Source: an uncultured Caldilinea sp. | Lineage (GTDB): Bacteria; Chloroflexota; Anaerolineae; Caldilineales; Caldilineaceae | Direction: 5' to 3' | Assembly (NCBI RefSeq): GCF_937128415.1 | Contig: NZ_CAKZMJ010000094.1 | Location: 11,716 to 35,715, forward strand | Length of the DNA: 24,000 bases | Shown here: one piece after another, positions 1 to 18,055 of the stretch | Layout of the letters: the number at the start of each line of letters is the position of its first letter | Numbering within the stretch: position 1 is the stretch's first letter | Made by a program: the position numbers and the translations under genes | Notes under the pieces: generated by a model | What the model saw: the letters and a program-made list of their open reading frames with translations, nothing else | Told to the model about the DNA's origin: nothing | Databases searched by the model: none

Positions 1-807
<807 letters not shown>

Positions 808-810
808 TCT

Positions 811-5089
<4,279 letters not shown>

Positions 5090-5093
<4 letters not shown>

Positions 5094-6448
5094 AGAACCA
5101 ACCACAATTTCAGGGAAGAAAACGAAAAGGCAAAGTTGCCCCATTCGATGCGCCCACGTTCAATGCGCTGACATGGGCAATGCTCATGACCGCAACAGCG
5201 GCGGCGGCGGTGATCGGTCTTGGCTTGTGGTTCAACGATCCATTTCCCCCGCCGCGCACCGGCGCACTGCAGCCTGCCGTTCTCGCATTGCCCGCCTCGA
5301 CGCCTATCCTCGATGCATCTCTCGTCGAACGTTCAGCCTCCACTCCTGTGCAGTCCATTGAGCCGGTTTCTCCGCCTGGAGCCACGCCCCTATCGACGCC
5401 GACATCCACGCCCACGGCGACGCCTGTTCCGACGCCGTCCTTCCTCATCGCGCCGGCGCAGCCGTCCGCCTTGCTCAGCGGCCTCCGCCACGAATGGCAG
5501 ACCTGGAACAATTGCGGCCCGGCCACGCTGGCAATGAACCTGAGCTACTACGGCAGCCCGCTCGATCAGGCGGCGATCGGCGCAGTCCTGCGCACTTCGC
5601 CCGACGACAAAAACGTCAGCCCTCACGAGCTCGTCGATTTTGCCCGGGCGCAGGGATACGCCGCCGACCTTTACGTCAACGGCAACGCCAATCTCCTGAA
5701 AACGTTGATCAGCAACGGTTTCCCCGTGTTGCTCGAAACCTGGCATGAACGCGCGCCCGGGGACGGCATCGGCCACTATCGACTGGCGGTGGGCTATGAT
5801 GACGCCGCCGGCCAGTGGACGCTCTACGACTCGCTCGACTATACGGGGCTGATCTCGGCGCAACCCTACGCCGGCATCCGCATGAGCTACGACCGCCTCG
5901 ACCGGTTCTGGAAAGTCTTCAATCGCACCTTCCTGCTTGTGCATCCCGTCGAGCAGACGCCGCAAGTCCGAGCGATCCTGGCGGCGCACGGCTTTGCGCC
6001 GGAACACATGTGGAGAGAGGCTGAGGCCCGCGCGCGCAGTGAGCTGGAAATTGCCCCCAACGATGTCTTTGCGTGGTTTAACCTGGGGAGCAGCCTGACG
6101 CGACAGGGGCGCACCGCCGAGGCCGCCGCTGCGTTCGACCGTGCACGGGAGATCGGCCTGCCGGAGCGCATGCTCTGGTATCAATTCACGCCGCTGGAGG
6201 CGTATATCGCCGAAGGGCGCCCCCAGGACGCACTGGCGCTGACCGACGCCGTCTTTGAGGAGACGGAGAGCGTCGAGGAGCTGTTCTACTGGCGGGCGCG
6301 CGCGTTCCTGGCAGTGGGGGACGCCGAGGCCGCGCGGGAGGCGCTGGCGCGCGCGTTGGAGTTGGCGCCGAGCTTTGCGCCTGCGCTGACGCTTCAGCAG
6401 GAGCTGTCTGCGCACAATCCACTTGACAGGGCCATCGAGGCCGGGTAG
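5090..6448 (+). CDS. Membrane-anchored C39-like cysteine peptidase domain protein with a Pro/Thr-rich linker and C-terminal TPR repeats
   Basis: The frame is that of listed ORF 4907..6448. I prefer GTG 5090, which overlaps the upstream TGA as GTGA. It gives a basic N-terminus ([14 protein letters not shown]) followed by one TM helix ([20 protein letters not shown]); ATG 5180 or 5186 are alternatives. C39_2-like motifs are [20 protein letters not shown] (Cys) and [13 protein letters not shown] (His). TPR-like helices run from ~[16 protein letters not shown] to the C-terminus. Confidence 0.75.
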
Positions 6449-6530
6449 GGTATTCCTCAGACAGGCGACAATCACCCAGTTGCCAGAGGCATCGGGTTGC
6501 CCCTGGAGGATTTGCTAAAGCACAGGCAAT

Positions 6531-7802
6531 ATGAAAACCGATGTATTGATTATCGGCGCAGGGCCCGCCGGGCTGGCGCTGGCCGCAGCACTGTGCGACG
6601 CCGGTCTCTGCGTCGAAGGCGTCGCTCCCACCGACCCGGCGACGCCGTGGAGCAACACCTATGGCATCTGGGAAGACGAGCTGCCTTCCCCCGAGCTCGT
6701 CGCCATGCTTGGTCATCGCTGGAGCGACTGCGTCTCGTATGCAGGAGGTCAAGCGCTGCGGCTGGAGCGGGTCTATGGATTGCTCGACAACGTCAGACTC
6801 CAGACGCATCTGTTGGATCGCTGCACGCGCGCGGGCATGCGCTGGCGCCGCGGCTCGGCGAGGTTGGTCGAGCACACGGCCAGACGCGCTGAAGTCACGC
6901 TGGAGGACGGCAGCCTCGTGCAGACGCGGCTGGTGGTGGATGCCAGCGGACATACGCCCGTCTTCGTCAAACGCCCCCTTGCGAGCGCAATCGCCTATCA
7001 GGCCGCCTATGGCGTGGTGGGCGCCTTCACCCAAGCGCCGGTGCGACCAGGACAGCTGGTGTTGATGGACTATCGCTCCGAGCATCTGAGCGCCGAGGAG
7101 CGACGCGTTGAGCCGCCAACTTTTTTGTACGCAATGGACCTGGGAGGCGGCCGTTATTTCGTCGAAGAGACCTCGCTGGCGCATGCGCCCCCCGTTCCCT
7201 TCGATTTGCTCAAAGCTCGCCTGCATCGTCGGCTGGCTCACATGGGCTGCGCCGTAGCCGAAATGGAGCACGAAGAGCACTGCCTCTTCCCGATGAACAT
7301 GCCCGTGCCCTATCTCGACCAACCGGTGCTCGGTTACGGCGGCGCGGCGAGTATGGTGCACCCGGCCTCCGGCTACCAGGTTGGCGCGGCGCTGCGGCTT
7401 GCCGCGCCACTGGCGCAGCAAATTGCGCACGCGCTGAGCGCGCCGAACGCCTCTCCGTCCGGCGTCGCCCGGACGGGTTGGGAGACCCTATGGCCGCAGG
7501 AGCGGCTGCGCAAACATCAGCTCTATCTCTTCGGCTTGCAGACGCTGCTCTCTCTAAATGAGTCGCAGTTGCAGCAATTTTTTGCCGTCTTCTTTCAGTT
7601 GCCGGTGCGCTACTGGGGCGGCTATTTGTCCAACACACTGACCACCGCCGAAGTCATGCAGACGATGGGCCGCGTCTTTCTCGCTGCACCCATGCAGTTG
7701 CGCCTGGCGCTGATCCGGGAAGCGCTGCGCCATCCTGGCCCTTTGTTGCGCGCCGTTGGAGTGCAGCCTTCTTACAGCAAAATTTTGCTCGCCTTTGGAT
7801 AA
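6531..7802 (+). CDS. crtL: Lycopene cyclase, CrtL/plant-LCY type (FAD-binding)
   Basis: N-terminal dinucleotide fold [18 protein letters not shown]. The block LMDYRSEHL...[26 protein letters not shown] matches the conserved PTFLYAMP...FLEETSL signature of CrtL/LCY cyclases. Confidence 0.8.
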   Translation: MKTDVLIIGAGPAGLALAAALCDAGLCVEGVAPTDPATPWSNTYGIWEDELPSPELVAMLGHRWSDCVSYAGGQALRLERVYGLLDNVRLQTHLLDRCTRAGMRWRRGSARLVEHTARRAEVTLEDGSLVQTRLVVDASGHTPVFVKRPLASAIAYQAAYGVVGAFTQAPVRPGQLVLMDYRSEHLSAEERRVEPPTFLYAMDLGGGRYFVEETSLAHAPPVPFDLLKARLHRRLAHMGCAVAEMEHEEHCLFPMNMPVPYLDQPVLGYGGAASMVHPASGYQVGAALRLAAPLAQQIAHALSAPNASPSGVARTGWETLWPQERLRKHQLYLFGLQTLLSLNESQLQQFFAVFFQLPVRYWGGYLSNTLTTAEVMQTMGRVFLAAPMQLRLALIREALRHPGPLLRAVGVQPSYSKILLAFG

Positions 7803-7830
7803 AAGCAAAACGTATGGTGGAGAAAGACCG

Positions 7831-8769
7831 ATGCACGGATCAAGGCGTAAAGTCGTCATCGTCGGCGGCTCCGGCTTCTTAGGACTCAACCTGGCGCGCG
7901 CCCTTTCCAAAAGCGCTGAATTCGAGGCTTGCATCATCTCAAGGCATCCGCCCTCCAACCAGGGCGACTGGCGGTGCGTGCGCTGGGACGCCCAGACGCT
8001 CGGCGCCTGGGCGGACGAGCTGGACGGCGCAGCCGCTGTGGTCAACCTTGCCGGGCGCTCGGTCGATTGCATCAAAACGCCCGATCATTGCGACGAAATT
8101 CTGCGCTCCAGAGTGGAGGCGACGCAGCTGATCGGACGGGCGCTTCGCAGAATCAAGCAGCCTCCGCCGGTCTGGGTGCAGATGTCGACGGCGCACATCT
8201 ACGGCGATCCGCCGGAGATCGTCTGCACAGAGGACTCATCGTTCGGCTATGGCCTGGCTCCTTTCGTAGGCAAGGCATGGGAAGACGCGTACCACAGCGC
8301 CGTGCTGCCCGAAATGCGCCAGGTCATTTTGCGGACAAGCTTCGTTTTGGGGCGAAATGGCGGGGCCCTGCGGCGGATGGAGCTCGCCGTCCGACTCGGG
8401 CTCGGTGGAAAGATTGGAAGTGGGAAACAAGGGATCAGCTGGCTGCATGAAGAAGATATGAACCGGCTGTTTCTGCGCGCCATCAGGGATGAAACCATGC
8501 AGGGAGCGTACATTGCCACGGCGCCCAATCCGGTCTCGAACGCCGAGTTCATGAAGGCGCTGCGCAAAGCGTTGGGCGCGCCGATCGGTTTGCCTTCGCC
8601 GGGCTGGATGATCAAGCTGGCTGCGCCGTTGATCCTGAAAACCGATCCAGAGCTTGCCCTTTACGGCCGCTATTGCGTCTCCATGCGATTGGAGGCGGAA
8701 GGCTTCCAATTCAAACACCCCACCCTCGAGAGCGCGCTGGCGGCCATTTATGGACGTCCCTCCACCTGA
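7831..8769 (+). CDS. TIGR01777/YfcH-like NAD-dependent epimerase family protein (SDR39U1-like, with a DUF1731-type C-terminus)
   Basis: ATG 7831 is preceded by GGTGGAG (7817-7823). A Rossmann motif follows immediately: [19 protein letters not shown]. The C-terminal [21 protein letters not shown] is typical of this family. The listed 7756 start overlaps crtL and adds a non-protein-like leader. Confidence 0.75.
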   Translation: MHGSRRKVVIVGGSGFLGLNLARALSKSAEFEACIISRHPPSNQGDWRCVRWDAQTLGAWADELDGAAAVVNLAGRSVDCIKTPDHCDEILRSRVEATQLIGRALRRIKQPPPVWVQMSTAHIYGDPPEIVCTEDSSFGYGLAPFVGKAWEDAYHSAVLPEMRQVILRTSFVLGRNGGALRRMELAVRLGLGGKIGSGKQGISWLHEEDMNRLFLRAIRDETMQGAYIATAPNPVSNAEFMKALRKALGAPIGLPSPGWMIKLAAPLILKTDPELALYGRYCVSMRLEAEGFQFKHPTLESALAAIYGRPST

Positions 8770-8809
8770 GACGTGTGCAAAGAGCCGTGGGGAAGGCCCT
8801 CACCCCCCA

Positions 8810-8837
8810 CCCCCTCTCCCAACGCTGGGAGAGGGGG
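8810..8837 (+). terminator. Candidate stem-loop terminator for the epimerase gene (repeat hairpin 1, no U-tract)
   Basis: Perfect 12-bp GC-rich stem with a 4-nt loop, 41 nt after the stop at 8769. It is followed by AGCGCCG, not a T-run, so termination activity is unproven. Confidence 0.35.
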
Positions 8838-8960
8838 AGCGCCGTCGTCGCAGCTAACACCGGGAGAGAGGGGGAGCGCCGTCGCCGCAGCCAACACCGG
8901 GAGAGAGGGGGAACGCCGTCGCCGCAGCTCGCAGCCGCAGATGCTCGCCAGCCCCCCCGC

Positions 8961-8988
8961 CCCCCTCTCCCAATGCTGGGAGAGGGGG
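8961..8988 (-). terminator. Candidate stem-loop terminator for the APH-like gene (repeat hairpin 2, no U-tract)
   Basis: Perfect 12-bp stem with a 4-nt loop, ~87 nt downstream of the minus-strand stop at 9075. No T-run on either side. Confidence 0.3.
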
Positions 8989-9074
8989 AGCGCCGTACGC
9001 GGATGCACCGTTTTATCGTGTGAACTGCGCAACTCCTATAAATCCATCGTTCAACGGCATCCAGGCGCCATCTC

Positions 9075-10004
9075 TTATGCCTTCATCTCCCACAAAATCT
9101 GTGCGACCTGAAGATCATCGTTCTTAGCGCCGAAGTCCCTTCCTGCGTCCTCGCTGTAATCCCACCAGGCGGAGAGCACGCACTGCGCTATGCTCCACAG
9201 CCGCATGCGTTCGCGATCGAGCGTGAGCCGTTCGGCGAGCTGATCGATGCGCCGTTTGAGCACGCGCGCAGGGTTGGGTTGCGCCAAAGGCCATCCTAAA
9301 GGATTGCGCAGCATGGCGTACGCCTCGAACTCGCGCTCGCCGACGACGCCCTTGGGGTCAATGGCGAGCCACGCGCCTTCGGCCGTCGACAGAATGTTCT
9401 CGTGATGAAGGTCTCCATGCAACACCACCGTCGAGCCGCTCGACGCCAATAGCTCCGGAAAAAGGCGTTCGGCTGCATCGACCAAATGGGGCGGAAATGG
9501 TCCGCAACCGCCCTCGAAGGTGGGGCGCAGCGTCTCTAACTCGCGCGCCCACGCCTCGATCGTCAACATCGCATGGTCGGACGGCGCAGGGCGCCAGAGC
9601 GCCGCCATCACATCGGCGATAAGGGCGGTTGCTCTCTCGTCATCTTCTTCGACCAGGGCGCGCAACGGACGCCCGGGGCGAAGGCGCTCCAAAAGCAAGG
9701 CGCCGCCGGCGGGGTCGGCCTCTAGCAGCTGCACGCAGCCGCGACCGGCAAAGAAGATCAGCGCCTCGATTTCCGACCACAGCTCCCGATGCGGGACGCC
9801 GAGCTTCAATACGACCTCGCGTCCGTCGGCGCGCACGGCGGGCGCTACGTAGTTATAGGAGAGATTCTCAAAAGGAGGCCCCAGCGTCAGTCGCCAACGT
9901 TGAGCATATTCGGCCAGAAGAGCGGACAAGTTTCGCAGAAAATCTTCACCCTTTGCCCCAAATGTAGTGCAAATCGTATGAATGAAGGTCGATGGCAGAT
10001 GCAT
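9075..10004 (-). CDS. APH(6)/StrB-like aminoglycoside (streptomycin-type) phosphotransferase family kinase
   Basis: Catalytic and Mg-binding blocks VVLHGDLHHENIL and WLAIDPKGVVGEREFE. The C-terminal LWSIAQCVLSAWWDYSEDAG resembles StrB as I recall it (LHGDLHHENIM, VIDPVGLVGE, AIAYGCLSAAWNADGEEE). ATG 10004 is preceded by GAGGG. GTG 10028 and ATG 10016 are in-frame alternatives. Confidence 0.8.
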   Translation of the reverse strand: MHLPSTFIHTICTTFGAKGEDFLRNLSALLAEYAQRWRLTLGPPFENLSYNYVAPAVRADGREVVLKLGVPHRELWSEIEALIFFAGRGCVQLLEADPAGGALLLERLRPGRPLRALVEEDDERATALIADVMAALWRPAPSDHAMLTIEAWARELETLRPTFEGGCGPFPPHLVDAAERLFPELLASSGSTVVLHGDLHHENILSTAEGAWLAIDPKGVVGEREFEAYAMLRNPLGWPLAQPNPARVLKRRIDQLAERLTLDRERMRLWSIAQCVLSAWWDYSEDAGRDFGAKNDDLQVAQILWEMKA

Positions 10005-10102
10005 TTTCGCCCTCATGTTCACCTTCACGAAAACCGATGGAACCAGTAGAATACATCACATATTCACCGACAAAGCAACCGACGCAATGGAGCATGCATC
10101 AT

Positions 10103-11342
<1,240 letters not shown>

Positions 11343-11453
11343 CGGCTATGCGCTCACGGCGCACTGTCGAACAGCTCCCTCTCCGACACGGGACGCGCAA
11401 CACACCGGAAGCAAACCTTTCACCCGACCATCAACAAGCAAGGATGCAAACGG

Positions 11454-12320
<867 letters not shown>

Positions 12321-12385
12321 GAATCGATTTGTACACAAGCCGGTTGTCAAGGTTGTTGACAAGGGAATCTGCTCTCGGAGGCGCT

Positions 12386-14461
12386 ATGCAGCCCAAGATA
12401 TTTCCGGCGGCCGCATTTCTTCTCACCGCGAGCCTTTTGCTGGCCCTGTTCTGTGGATTGGGCGCCTTCAATTCAGCCCTTGCGCAGTCTCCTCCTCTCG
12501 CCCCAGACGCACCCGGCAGCATCTCCGGCAGCGTCACCGATTCAAGCGGCGCGCCGCTCTCCGGCATCGATGTCACTCTCCACCGACGCGATTCCAATGG
12601 TTATTATTCATATTGGCGCTCCACACGCACAGACACCCAGGGGGCTTACCGCTTTGGAGTGCTGCCTGCAGGCACATACGCTCTTTCCTTTAGAGACCAA
12701 TCCTCCGTTTACGCTCAGACCTTCTATTCCAACGCTTTGACGTTACAAAGCGCAACGCCGATCGCCGTGGCGGGCTCGAATGTGACCGACCTGAATGTAG
12801 CAATGCCCAAGGCTGGCGCCATTCAGGGCCAAATCAGCTATCTCGTCAGCGGTTTTGTTCAGTCCAGTCGCATTAATGTCCTTGCACGCGTTCAAGAGGA
12901 GTGGCAAACTGTCGCCTCCCTCTGGATTGAAGGTTCCGGCGTTTACAGCTTTCCTGGCCTTCAGCCTGGCGTCTATGCAATATGCGCATATAACGTCTTT
13001 TGGGATAGCGCAGGCGACAAACCATCCGAATCTTATCCAACGCTTTGCTATCCCGACGTTTATTCGTCCATCGACTACGCCTGGCCTGTCACGGTCACCG
13101 AGGGCCTCACCACGACGGACATTGACCTTGCGTTCGGAGTAGAAGGGGACAGCGCAACGATCGGCGGCGTCGTGCGCTCATCGGTCGGCTCCGCGTTGGA
13201 AGGCATCCTAGTTCATCTGTTCAGCAGAAACTCCTCTGAATCTTCACAATACAGCGCTATGACGCGAACCGATGCAGCGGGTCGCTATGAATTTCGATGG
13301 TTGCGGCCAGGAAACTATGTTCTGCTCTTTATTGACTTAGGAGGCCCCTATCTCGGCGAATTTTACGATGACTCGGTCTCGTATTCCGACGCCACGGTGG
13401 TCACAGTGAATCGGTACGAAAAGCGCCTGGATGTGGATGCAAGATTAAGCCTGGGCGGCGCTATCGGCGGCAAACTAAGCGTCCTTGGAGACGAGAAACC
13501 CGACAACGCCTATATCCAACTGTTGGGCGCTCCTCCCCCTTCATGGTGGTTTCCCCTCGGGTATAGCCACTATGACCCGGCGACCGGCGCTTATCGAGTC
13601 TCTGGAATTCCGCCAGGCATCTACCGCATGCGGGTCGAAGGTCAATTGAATCACATGACTTTCGGGGCCTATTACGGTGAAGGTGCAGGTCGCTATGATC
13701 CAGAGCAGGCGACCCCGATCACGATCACCCCCGGCGCCGTGATAGACAACATCAACATCGATCTAGGCGAGGCAGGAATGTTTGATGGAGCGATCGGCGG
13801 TCAAATTCGGGCCGAGGGGCGACCGCTGCCATCCGCCCGGGTTTCTTTGTACGCTTCGTCTGATAAGGAGCTTCCGCTGGTTGAGCTCCAGGCTGATGCC
13901 GAGGGCCGTTACTTTTTTGGAGGGTTAACAGAAGGAACGTATCGCATTGGCGTCGTCGATCCACTGGAGATTTATGCGACGACATTTTACTCCGATCGCA
14001 TCTCTCCGGTAGACGCCTCGTTAGTCTCTTTGGAGGCAAGCCAGCAACGAATGAATGTGGATATCGAACTCAAACCCGGCGGCTGGATCACAGGGCGGGT
14101 TATAGCAGACAACAACAGGCCGGCGGCTCGATTCAACGTGTATGCCTGGTATGTCTTACAGAATCCAGGCGCTGAATATGCTTACGGCACGCTTTTCCCA
14201 CTGATTCAGCGCGCAACCACAGATCAAAATGGAAATTACCGGCTCGGGGGCCTTCGAGCAGGCTCCTATCGCCTTTGCACCGGGCCCGGAGGAAGATTCC
14301 CTGGCGGGTTGCTGGCGTGCTTCGGCCTGCCACCGAGATCGATCGAGCCCTACCAGGCGGCGAACGTCGAGGTGCGCGCCGGTCAGACGACGGCGGGCAT
14401 CGATATGTTCGTCGGCGAAAGACTGCCGTCGAACAGCTATTTGCCGCTGCTGATGCGGTAG
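12386..14461 (+). CDS. Secreted protein with six tandem carboxypeptidase-regulatory-like (CarboxypepD_reg / Ig-like) domains
   Basis: ATG 12386 is preceded by GGAGG (12376-12380) and encodes a signal-peptide-like N-terminus: MQPKIFPAAAFLLTASLLLALFCGLGAFNSALA. Six ~100-aa modules each begin with G-x-I-x-G and carry TDxxGxYxFxxLxxGxY, for example GSISGSVTDSSGAPLSGIDVTL...TDTQGAYRFGVLPAGTYAL. The listed 12329 start adds a non-signal leader. Confidence 0.8.
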   Translation: MQPKIFPAAAFLLTASLLLALFCGLGAFNSALAQSPPLAPDAPGSISGSVTDSSGAPLSGIDVTLHRRDSNGYYSYWRSTRTDTQGAYRFGVLPAGTYALSFRDQSSVYAQTFYSNALTLQSATPIAVAGSNVTDLNVAMPKAGAIQGQISYLVSGFVQSSRINVLARVQEEWQTVASLWIEGSGVYSFPGLQPGVYAICAYNVFWDSAGDKPSESYPTLCYPDVYSSIDYAWPVTVTEGLTTTDIDLAFGVEGDSATIGGVVRSSVGSALEGILVHLFSRNSSESSQYSAMTRTDAAGRYEFRWLRPGNYVLLFIDLGGPYLGEFYDDSVSYSDATVVTVNRYEKRLDVDARLSLGGAIGGKLSVLGDEKPDNAYIQLLGAPPPSWWFPLGYSHYDPATGAYRVSGIPPGIYRMRVEGQLNHMTFGAYYGEGAGRYDPEQATPITITPGAVIDNINIDLGEAGMFDGAIGGQIRAEGRPLPSARVSLYASSDKELPLVELQADAEGRYFFGGLTEGTYRIGVVDPLEIYATTFYSDRISPVDASLVSLEASQQRMNVDIELKPGGWITGRVIADNNRPAARFNVYAWYVLQNPGAEYAYGTLFPLIQRATTDQNGNYRLGGLRAGSYRLCTGPGGRFPGGLLACFGLPPRSIEPYQAANVEVRAGQTTAGIDMFVGERLPSNSYLPLLMR

Positions 14462-14485
14462 TGTGGTACACTGTCAGTAGCAACC

Positions 14486-14508
14486 GGCCTGCGCTTCAGG
14501 CGTAGGCC
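14486..14508 (+). terminator. Candidate stem-loop downstream of the secreted-protein gene
   Basis: GGCCTGCGC-ttcag-GCGTAGGCC forms a 9-bp stem with one G-U pair, 25 nt after the stop at 14461. No T-run follows. Confidence 0.3.
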
Positions 14509-14565
14509 AGTCCTATCGCTTAAACTACGAGGGACGCACCGTCATCCAATCGGTGGAGCAGAGAC

Positions 14566-15519
<954 letters not shown>

Positions 15520-15587
15520 ACCCAGACGACAGGCGTCGAAGGCAAGGCTGGCCATCCTCGCTTTCGACGCCTCGTCCAATCCCGCTG

Positions 15588-16736
<1,149 letters not shown>

Positions 16737-16773
16737 TACAATTATCCAGGCGGATGCGCCGGATTCATCGTAG

Positions 16774-16792
16774 GTGCGGCTCTCAGCCGCAC
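16774..16792 (+). terminator. Candidate stem-loop downstream of the MFS gene
   Basis: GTGCGGCT-ctc-AGCCGCAC is a perfect 8-bp stem, 38 nt after the stop at 16736. No T-run follows. Confidence 0.3.
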
Positions 16793-16881
16793 ATTCTCGG
16801 TGGAACGCAAGGCCTTGAAGAATGCGAGGAGAAGCGCAGCTACGAATAGAGTGATGGAGATTTCAAAAGGAACAAGAATAT

Positions 16882-17980
<1,099 letters not shown>

Positions 17981-17991
17981 AGCCCAGGGAT

Positions 17992-18043
17992 GCAGATGGC
18001 GTTGGCGGAAAGGCGAACGCGCCTGCGCTTCAACGCCATCTGC
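17992..18043. terminator. Long perfect inverted repeat between convergent prfB and mgtC-family genes (candidate bidirectional terminator)
   Basis: GCAGATGGCGTTG (17992-18004) pairs with CAACGCCATCTGC (18031-18043), giving a perfect 13-bp stem. The 26-nt loop holds a nested hairpin AGGCG-aacg-CGCCT (18011-18024). There is no T-run on either strand. Confidence 0.45.
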
Positions 18044-18055
18044 GCTATGGCCAGG

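Larger units (their letters stand above)
8801..8996. repeat. G/C-rich intergenic repeat cluster: two near-identical 12-bp-stem hairpins flanking about three tandem units plus one partial unit
   Basis: Hairpin 1 at 8810..8837 is CCCCCTCTCCCA-acgc-TGGGAGAGGGGG. Hairpin 2 at 8961..8988 is CCCCCTCTCCCA-atgc-TGGGAGAGGGGG. Tandem units GGGAGAG(AG)GGGGA(G/A)CGCCGTCG(T/C)CGCAGC(T/C)AACACC lie at 8827..8861, 8862..8898 and 8899..~8929, with a partial copy at 8978..8996. The cluster sits between convergent gene ends at 8769 (+) and 9075 (-). Confidence 0.85.

Noticed and set aside
7756-7830. Listed start at 7756 for the epimerase gene, and similarly 12329 for the secreted protein and TTG 15516 for the MFS gene.
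   Set aside because: The upstream extensions overlap or abut neighbouring genes, lack an RBS, and precede obvious true N-termini (a Rossmann motif, a signal peptide, and the first TM helix respectively) that have good SD sequences. The MFS start remains the least certain.
8801-8996. Possible CRISPR array.
   Set aside because: There are only ~3 tandem units, directly abutting with no unique spacers. The units are imperfect and differ in length (35-37 nt), and no cas genes are in the window.
8654-9111. ORFs spanning the repeat cluster: 8654..8857, 8673..9023, 8773..9111 (+) and 8748..9032 (-).
   Set aside because: They are translations of the palindromic and tandem repeats (GEGERRRR, PLSQRWERG). 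They read equally well in several frames and on both strands, and none has an RBS or start context. I treat them as repeat artefacts.
12344-12362. Inverted repeat TTGTCAA-ggttg-TTGACAA upstream of the secreted-protein gene, considered as a promoter or operator.
   Set aside because: The TTGACA is only ~24 nt from the start codon and no acceptable -10 hexamer lies at 16-18 nt spacing. As an operator it is unsupported without a cognate regulator or conservation data. I mention it only as context.
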